Of a stretch of 64,000 nt of DNA, positions 55,538 to 64,000 are shown piece by piece; positions within the stretch are counted from its first letter, which is position 1, and each line of letters opens with the position of its first letter. The stretch is from Prorocentrum cordatum. Lineage: Eukaryota. The DNA is taken from assembly GCA_963575745.1 (NCBI GenBank), contig CAUYUJ010000099.1:1-64000 (forward strand), read 5' to 3'. Under the pieces are notes generated by a model. The model searched no databases and was not told where the DNA came from. It was given only the letters and a program-made list of their open reading frames with translations. Both the position numbers and the translations under genes were made by a program.

Positions 55538-58500
55538 CTCGAAACCTTGCAGCGAGGTTTCGAGCTTGTCCGCAGCTGTGCGACAGGCTCGAGACCCCAT
55601 TGCAGGAGTTTTGGCATCACGGCGGTCTCTGCCAGTTGTGTGAGGGCTCGCCCCAGGCGGGCCAGCTTGGCTCTGCGGCATTGCGCACGGGCGGCAATGG
55701 CAATCGCGGACCGAAGGCTGGGAACCTGGGGGGAGCGCACATCCTATTCCAAGTGCAAGGCCTGCGGCTACAAGCGGAACTGGGTCAGCAACACCTCGTG
55801 CTTCCAGTGCCGCAGGGGCTTGCAACCTGCGCGCTCGCAGGAGAGGGCGCCGATTGGGGCATGGGCAGCGCCAGGGGGGCTGTCGCGCGCGGGCAGTCGC
55901 CCACGGCGCCAGTAGCAGGCCGCCTCAACCGAGGAACTGCTGCGCCAGCTCCGTGCAGTGCTGCCGTCGGGCGACGCCGCCACGGCCTTGAGGGTACAGG
56001 ACCTCGCCGCCGCCCTCGGCGCACGCCGACGTCGTGCTCAACCAGGCGCGGGCGCGCGTCCGCAGGGCTGAGCACACCCTCAAGGTGGCCATCACGGCCG
56101 TCGCGGACGCCGAGAAGTGGCTGGTCGCCAAGCGTGCCGAGCAGGAAGGCGCCATCGTGGAGGTGGCCGAGGCCGAGGCTGCGGCGGCCCAGGCCTACGC
56201 TGCCGCCGCTCCCGAGGGCGCCGCCGCCCCCGCGGCGCCTGCCGCGCCAGCAGCCAGCGCCCCTGCCGTCGGCGCCGCCCTGGACCTCCCGCGTTTCCTG
56301 GAGCAGGACGCGGCGGTCCTGGACGTCAACGCGGGCGCGCTCTTCGACCTCGAGGGCCTCGACATCTCCGACGCGGAGAAGGCGCAGTTCCAGGAGCAGG
56401 TGGCCAACGTCGTCAAGCAGGTCCAAGGGGAGGTCCAGAAGCACTTCGGGCCCGCCGCCGAGGGTTGGCAGGCCGTGCGCGCGGAGCTCAAGACCACGCA
56501 GGACCGCCTCAAGGCGAAGCGCCCGCGATCGGCCGCCCCAGAGCCCGCCGCCGAGGCCGCCGCAACCGCCGCCCCGCAGCCCCAGCAGCCTGCAGAGAAG
56601 GCGGCAGGCACAGGAGGAAAGGGTGCTGAGGAGCCAGCCACGAAGGGCCCCGCCGACGGGACCAACGCCCCCCCTCCTGGCCAGGGTCCCGGACCTGCTG
56701 CTGATTCTGCTGGGCCAAGCACGACCGGTAGCGCCAGCGGGGCTCCGCGAGCTCCACGCCGCCAGGTGGGCCCTGCCGAGCGGGGCCGAATCTTGGCCAG
56801 GGCGGGCGGGGCCAACGAGGCCCCGCAACAGCGAGCCTGAGAGCGCGGCCTCAGGAGGCCAACGCACACCGTGGCTGACTCCCACCCCTTTGGCACGATG
56901 CCGCTCGGCTCCAGCGACGCCCCGCTCGACGCGGACTGCGCCGCGGGCGTGGCAAGCGCCCTGCCGCCCCCGCGCTGCTGGCCCCTGGCGTTCCCGCGGC
57001 CTACGTGAAGCGGGTTGGCTTCTTCGTCGGCGGCTTCGTCTACCAGCCGACTACGGACGCGCGTTTGGCAGCGGCTTCGGCGCAGGAGGGGCGCCAGATA
57101 CTGCGCCAGCAGCAGGCGCCGCCGCGGGCTCAACGGGGCGCCGTGGAGGCCAAAGACCAAGACCTTGCGCGTCGGCGAGCCCTGCGCGACACGTGGACCT
57201 TGGAGCGTCGCCTCCGCACGTACGCGGGCCACTGGATGGAAGATCCGCTTTCAGATGACGACGACATGGACAGTCTCCTCTGGCGCAGGGCTTGCGCGCC
57301 GCATGTTGCTCGGCACCTGGAACGCCCGCTGATGTGCTCCCTGGTTATCGAACGAGCTGGGCGCGATGGCACCTCCACCCTAAACGTCCGTGTCGACGTG
57401 GTCATCGAGATTTGCCTTCGAGCTTTTCGGCAGAGGCGACGGCAGCGACTCCGCCATTCCCAATGGATGCGGCACCTTTCCATCTATGACGCGGAGGAGT
57501 GGATGAGGCGATGGCGCGAGCACCAGGGCTCGATGCGCAGAGAGACCGAAGACTTAGACAGCGGCCAAGGGCTAGCTTACGCCTTCATCGCGCGCACCAC
57601 CCTGGACATGGACGCCCTGGCAGCATGCCACCAGGACGGCCCCAGCCACCTCCAGAGCTTCAGCCGATTGCAGGACGACCCCAAAGAGGTGATCAGCATC
57701 GCCAGCACCCAGAGGGCCACTCGCGGGAAACAAGCCAGGCATGACCACACGGGGGCTGAACGCCAACCCCTGGGCACCTCGTGTCGGCCTGACGGCCGCC
57801 GCGAGTGGGCCTGCTGGTGGACGCGCTCGCGTACTTCGACGGCGTCGGCACCTTCGACGCCCCCCCCCCTGGCTCGCTTGGGCGGTTCGCGGCCACGTGG
57901 GCCCCAGGATTCCAGAAGGGGGGATCACGCTGGTCACCGCGTACTTCTGGGCGGCAGAGGGCTGGGCCATCCGCGACCTCCTCGCTCCTCGGCGCCATCG
58001 ATGAGCTGGCCCGCTCCTGCGACGCCCCCTGAGTGCCCCAGGCGGACTTCAACAACGCGCCCGACACGCTGAAGAGTGGCGACTGATGTGCCGACGCCGG
58101 GCATTCTCTTCGCCCCCGAAGAGCCCACCTGCCAGGGGCGCGGAGGTGGACGGGTCATCGACTTCTTAGTCGTCGACACTCGTATCGCGCACGCCTTCGC
58201 CGACGCCGCCGCCATGGACGCCCCCGCGCCCCCGCGCAGCCCAGCGCGCCTCACCGCGGCTAGACCCCTGCGTGCCATGACGGCCCGCGCTCGACGAAGC
58301 CAAGGGCCTCCCCTACGCGGGCCCCAGTGGGCCGCAGGCCCCAGCCGCCCAGCTGGCCGCAGTTGGACCCCGACGCTAGCCACGACGACCAGCAGCTTGA
58401 CGACCCCTGACGCCAGTTCTCGGCCGCGGCCGAGTCCGACCTCCAGGGGCTGTTCGACCTCCGCGGGGAGGATAACTACACAGGCTGGGGCGAGGCCCCG

Positions 58501-61500
58501 CGCTGGGCACGCGCCCCGCTGGCAGGGCCAGAAGCGCGCGCTAGGCCGCGAGGTTCCACGCGATCCCGAGCCTGGCGCCGAGCGGCGGCGCGCCTGGGCG
58601 ACATCATCCTGCTGGCGGACGCGGCGCGGCGCCAGGGCTGGACGCCGCTGGCGGGCCGCTGGCGCCGCCCCCAGCGCCCCGCGCATGGCGCGGCGCGCTG
58701 GCGTGGCGCCCTTGGAGGGGAGGCCCGCGAGATCCACTGCAAGCTGCTGCGGATCGCGGACCTCGCCTGGACGGGCGACGCGCCGATGATCGAGGCCCCG
58801 CAGGCGATGGCCCCCCAGCGCCGAGCCGTCGCCGAGGCCCGCTCCATCGAGAGCTCCCTCCAGTCGCAGCGCGCCACGGCCTGGCGCGAGCGGCTCCGTG
58901 ATGGCTCGGCTGGCGGCGCAGGCTTCATCCACCACGTGTCCAAGTGAAAGGCAAGGTCGTCCCCACAGTAGGCGCCAGGGGCCACGCGAACCTGGACATG
59001 ACGGACCCTCAGATTGCGGTGGGCGCGGCGGCCATAGACTGGATCGACCTCTGGCGGCAGTCCCGCGGCGCCGAGAGCCGCGGCGAGCGCCCAGGCAATG
59101 GGAGGATGAGGGATTCCCTGCCTGCCTGCCTGGCCCACCCCGATCCAGAAGACGTTCGAACGATTTGCCGAGCTTTTCCCGAGCACGCGGGGTGGGGGGG
59201 TGACAATTGGCACCCACGGTGGTGGTCATTCCTGAGTGATGGGGGGTTGGCGTTCTTGGCCGCACTTGTGGCCTACGTTCCACGCACGGCGCACTGGCCC
59301 ACCCAGCTCCGCTTCGTGTTTTCTTTCTTCCTGCCGAAACAAAAGGGGGCACTCGGCCGATCGGCCTGCTCACCTCCCCCGGCCGACTCGTCGAGCGAGC
59401 GCATGCGTTTCTGTTTTTTGTTTGTTTTTGTGTGTGTTTTTTTTTTCCGGTTGGGGGCGTACGATTCGACGTGCTTACGATTTCGCGGCCCCCGAGGGCG
59501 GTTCCGAAAACGCCATGTGGCACCATATGCTAGCTGATGAAGGCCCCCCCCTGGCGGGACGTCGGGCACGGCGGTCCTAGATCTGCACGAAGCCTTCGAG
59601 CATTGCAGCATGTATCTCTTGTGCGCGGAGGCGCCCAAGCATGGGTTCCCGCCCCAGTTACTTAAACTGTTGAATTCGATTTGTACTGGTGAGCGTCTGG
59701 TGACCTTCTGGGGCATCGTTTCGGCGCGCACCACTCATACCTATTCGGCGGTGGTGGCGGGGAGCACGGGGGGACTCCGTGCCTAAAGCTTGCTTTCCTG
59801 TCCGTCACTGACGCCTTGGCCAGCGTCAGCCCCCCCTTTTGCAACTTAAGCTTTTTTTGGGGCGACCTCAGCATCCAAGCCACGGGCGAGGAAGCTGAAG
59901 TTCCCCAGCAGCTCTTCGATGCCACGGTTCAGTACATTACCGCCATGGAAGCTAAATGTATCCTTGTTTCGCTTTCCAGGCCTGGCGGCCCTCCAGGTAA
60001 TGGTTACATCCTGGCCTCCCCCCTCTCTCTCAGGACCCGAATGCGTGGTTGGGCTCGCCAGTTGGGCTTACATATCCAACGCCATAGCACGCAACTAGAG
60101 GTCGACTCGGCGGGAGGAGCTCCCCTGAAAGGCACGCCCAGGTTCGCGGGAAGATTGGCCGGCGCACGCAGGCGTCGCACCACACTCACCAGCCCGGCCA
60201 AGCAAGGGTCTCGTCCGTACAAGGTCGCTCGAATAAGGTTCATGCCGTCGGTGTTGCATGGTGCGTCGCGCTTGGGAATGGACCCCGCTCGAGTGAACCG
60301 GGCAGGCATTCTAATGGCCAGCGCGTTGGGGGGCCAAGCGATAGGGAAGGGTAGAGCCATTCGCCTGTGGGTCTTCAAGTCAGACCCCCTGGTGGACGCC
60401 TGCACGTGCCCCCTCTTTGCACTGGGCCAAGGCGGCGTGGGAAGGCCGCCATGAGGTGCTGATGCGGGCTGTCTGGCGAAGGGCTGCGGTCGCGGCTGCC
60501 CAGGCCAAGCCAGGCCAGAGCATGTGGCGCGTGGTCAAGGGACCCGCTTCCGCCGTCCTCGCCACGCTCCGTCGGCTCGAGTGGAGCTGGCCCACCTATG
60601 CCACACTTTGTGAACACCTCGGGGGGGCTCTGGGATCTTCATCGGTTGGCCCCCAGCGCTTTGAAGGCCTTAGATGCTGCCAGGATCGAGTTTCTGACCT
60701 CATGGGCTGAAGTTCGAGGTTTGGGAATTTCCATGCCGTTTCTGGAGCCCGTTCGCGCGCTGTTGCGGTCCAAGGGATATCGTTCCCCCCAGAGGCGGTC
60801 GGCCGCCTTGGCCTATGTTGGCTGAGAGTTTTGGACTCTGGACGATTCGCGGCGCGCAGGGTACACTGAGGACTGCGCGTGCCGACAGTGTGCCGCGGAT
60901 ATAGGCTGCCAGCACCATCGTTTCGCTAAGTGCCCAAGGCACCACGCTGCGCGCCACCAAGTTGCCGTCGAGTGGGGCGTCCACTGGATAGTGCATCGTT
61001 TCGAGTCCTCCGAGCCTGAGTCTCTCCTCTTCTCCCGTGGCATTGTGGAACATGGGCCCGTATATGAACCCTCCACTCTGCCAGGGCCGCGCCTATTCAG
61101 ACGGCTGTGGACGGGGGCCGCCAGGGCTCGAAAGTTACGGGTGGGGGCGTGTCTTTTTGGATGACGACGGTTCGATTATCAGGGCCATGCACGGCTCACT
61201 TCCTGGCCCGCGTTTCCTTTGCACCGTTTTGAGGGCTGAGATGTTCGGCCTCATGAAAAGTTCTGGAAGTTGCCACCCTTCCCCTCTGTGTCGGCATAGA
61301 CAATGCCACAGTCATCAGAGGCCTGCGCAGAGGCCAGAAGTGATGCTGCCGAGCCTCTCGCCCGCATGCTGACCTGTGGACTGGAGTCTGGTTTCTCCTA
61401 TGGGAAAGTTTTGCCGACCACGGTTCTTTCGCGAAGTTTCGGGCCCAATCCAGAGGCCCAGCCGACGAGTCGCATGACGGTTTCCTGGATTTCCAAGGGA

Positions 61501-62280
61501 AACAGCGTGCCGACGTTGAAGCTAAGGCAGGCGCAGATTTGCCGACGGTCCCCCAGTGGATGAGCGCCACCTGGACCTCCCGAGCGGCCGAGGTCCAGGG
61601 GGTGCTCGGACTGGTGGCGGGGATGGCGGCGTCGGTGGGGGAAGTTCGGAGATTCCGCTGAGAGACCTGCCGCAGTTGCTCGACCCCGTCGCTCTCGACT
61701 CCCGCCTGGCTCCACCCCTCACTCCCTCCTCAGAGCACGTGGCGCGTGGCGTTGCACCCCGTGTTGTCGCTGCGAACGCACCATGTGCGCTGGGCGCGCT
61801 CTGGCACGCAGACCTCGCGGGAGGAGGCGTCGTGTCGACCGGCGCTGGGTCGGCCCAGAGGGGGGGAGGAGTTCAAGATTCCTGCCGCACTCCGCGGCGA
61901 GGCCTTGGGGCACGAGCTCCATCGTGCTGGCCAGTGCACGCACTGCGCCCGCCGCGGGGCCTTCACGATCGACAGAGGGTGCGAGCTCGTCGTCGGCTGC
62001 AGGAAATCTCCTGCACACCCGACGGCAGCGCACCGCCCCTCGCTCTTGGCCCGAGCGAGGCATCCTTACCGAGTGCAGCTCGCTCTTGAGCAGGCGTCCC
62101 GTTCCCTGCTCCCTTGGGAATGCGACGCCTTCCGGGAGCGGGCGCTCTGACCCACGCCCTCTCATTGGGCAGAGTTTTCTGGCGGGGAGGGGTGTGGCAC
62201 CTCAGCAGTGTGCCCCCATCCGCCGCCTGGACTGAAGGCTGGCTGGGGCAGGGATCTGCCAGGCGGGTTCTCGCAGCAAA
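55516..62280 (+). mobile_element. Degenerate near-full-length non-LTR retrotransposon (ORF1 zinc finger/coiled coil; APE-RT-RNase H) with a 5' spliced leader
   Basis: ORF1 from ATG 55697 has CKACGYKRNWVSNTSCFQC (RanBP2-like) and an Ala/Glu-rich coil to 56840. APE motifs: VTAYF, QADFN, EPTC...RVIDFLVV (~57900-58200). RT motifs: GGDNWHPRWW, FLPKQKG, VLDLHEAFEH, VVAGS, FFWGDL (~59150-59880). RNase H: YSDG...GWG...TVLRAE, DNATV, KGN (~61090-61510). His/Cys tail to TGA 62150. Many stops and frameshifts. Confidence 0.85.
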
Positions 62281-62784
62281 CCTCCTCCTCCTCCTCCTCC
62301 TCCTCCTCCTCCTCCTCCTCCTCTTCCTCCTCCTGTTCCTGTTCCTTCTCCTCCTCCTCCTCCTCCTCCTCCTCCTTCGCCTCCTCCTCCGCCTCCGCCT
62401 CCTCCTCCTCCTCCGCCGCCTCCTCCTTCTCCTCCGCCTCCTCCTTCTCCTCCCCCATTCACCAGCCTCCCCCTCGTGGCCCCACCCTTCCCGCTTCCTC
62501 CCACCCACCCCAGTCCCCCCAGGTTTGTTCCACTTCGCTCCAATTGCATCCGCCTCTGCCGCTTTCTCCGGATGCAGAGACGAAGCATGTGGAAGCGCAG
62601 TAGGAACAGGAGGTGGTTGAGGAGGAGGAAGAGGAGGAGGAGGAGGAGGAGGAGGAGGAGGAGGAGGAGGAGGAGGAGGAGGAGGAGCGAGGGGTGCGTC
62701 ACAAATTGGTCCGAGTTCTGGTGAGTATTGAAAACATTGTCGCAGTCAAAGCCTCGGCTTTATTTGGTTGGTTTGTGGTGTACG

Positions 62785-63310
62785 CATCTGTGTATGCTTG
62801 TCAGTATGTATGTATGCGTGTCTGTATGTATGCATGCATGTATGCATGTGTGTACGGATGCATGTGTGCACGTGTGTATGTTTGTATGTATGTATGTACG
62901 TATGTGTGTGTATGTATGTATGTATGTATGTATGTATGTATGTTTGTATGTATGTATGTATGGATGGATGGATGGATGGATGGATGGATGGATGGATGGA
63001 TGGATGGATGGATGTATGCATGCATGCATGCATGCATGCATGTATGTATGTATGTATGTATGTATGTATGTATGTATGTATGATTGTATATATAATATAC
63101 ATGAACGTAAGTATGTAGGTAAGTATGGGTGGTTGGATGTATGGATGGATGGCTGTACGTAGGTATGTCAGTAGGTAGATCGGTAGGTATGGATGGATGC
63201 AGGCATGCATGGATGCTTACATGCTGAGCTTCCTAAACGACGCGTGAATATACATGTGATTACATATATTTACATACAAACAGATATATATATATATATA
63301 TATATATAAT
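62785..63310. repeat. (TATG)n/(TGGA)n/(TGCA)n/(TA)n compound microsatellite
   Basis: Read directly from the sequence. Confidence 0.92.
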
Positions 63311-64000
63311 ACGCATGTATGTGTGTGATGTAGAACTCGGCCTCCGTGCCGCTAAGCACGAAGTCTCTTTTCGTCTCCAACAATCCTTTATGCTTCAACA
63401 TTTAGTGAGGCAAGTACTGTTACATGGGCCCATACCCCCATTGGCGGATTTCCCCAGGGTTATCGCATGCGTCCGTGGGCGCCCCGCGTGAGCATTGGGC
63501 CGTCCGCATGACTGTGCGGGGTGCGTCGCGTGACTTTCCATGGGCACGAGAATTCAAAGACGAGCCAAACGGGACCCAAGAGGTCCCTTATACGGTCCAA
63601 GAGTGTTCCGAGGCGGCCCACGAACTCTCCAAGATTGCACAACATGGTTTCCATACGGCCAAGAGGCTCCCAACACGCCCCGAGAGGGCCACAAGAGAAC
63701 CCCCCATGAAGGTCCCAAGGGGTACACAGCATCACTGTTTTTTTGTATGTGCTGAAGGGTTTTTCCCCTGTTGCCTTTTCTGGCTTCCAACCGCGCAGTA
63801 TCGCCCCAATGCAGCCAAAACAGCTCCCGAGAGGGCCCGTCGACGGCCCCAAGATCGCCGAAAAGCGGCATAAGAAGCCCAGGAGATTGCCCAGTTGGTC
63901 CCCAGGAGGGCCCCAAGAGGGGGAGATCAAAGGGGCGTTGAAAGCCTTTCCCCAGAGCCCAAACTCCAAGATGCTCCCATGAGGCCTCCGAGAGGCTCCC

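Noticed and set aside
55336..59526. 640-aa + strand ORF and 345-530-aa minus-strand ORFs over the LINE
   Set aside because: They are shadow frames of GC-rich LINE sequence. The recognisable motifs lie in other + strand frames.
45327..64000. Further exchanger exons (end of CBD2, transmembrane helices)
   Set aside because: I found no segment with both splice signals and exchanger-like sequence. A very short exon could have been missed.

Overview
This is eukaryotic, repeat-dominated DNA, very probably from a dinoflagellate. The inference rests on near-perfect copies of the dinoflagellate spliced leader (SL, DCCGTAGCCATTTTGGCTCAAG) and on GC/GA intron donors. The only host gene I can support is a + strand Calx-beta-domain protein, most likely an Na+/Ca2+ exchanger. 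It appears as six small exons (546 nt, 182 aa) spread over 8538-45326, with introns of 0.7-20.3 kb. Its start and end were not found and presumably lie outside the window. Everything else appears intronic or flanking: microsatellites (including a ~6.5 kb (CTA)n), satellites, MITE families and Helentron-like elements carrying tandem arrays. There is also a TSD-flanked retro-insertion with an orphan Cys-rich ORF, a KH-like pseudogene and a fragment resembling a retrotransposon-borne methyltransferase. The most notable element is a degenerate ~6.8 kb LINE (ORF1 zinc finger, APE, RT, RNase H) that begins exactly with an SL and sits inside a (CCT)n tract. The first intron seen is an Introner-like MITE insertion with a free sister copy nearby. 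Most long ORFs in the supplied track are repeat artefacts. All domain calls come from motif recognition by eye, with no database search.
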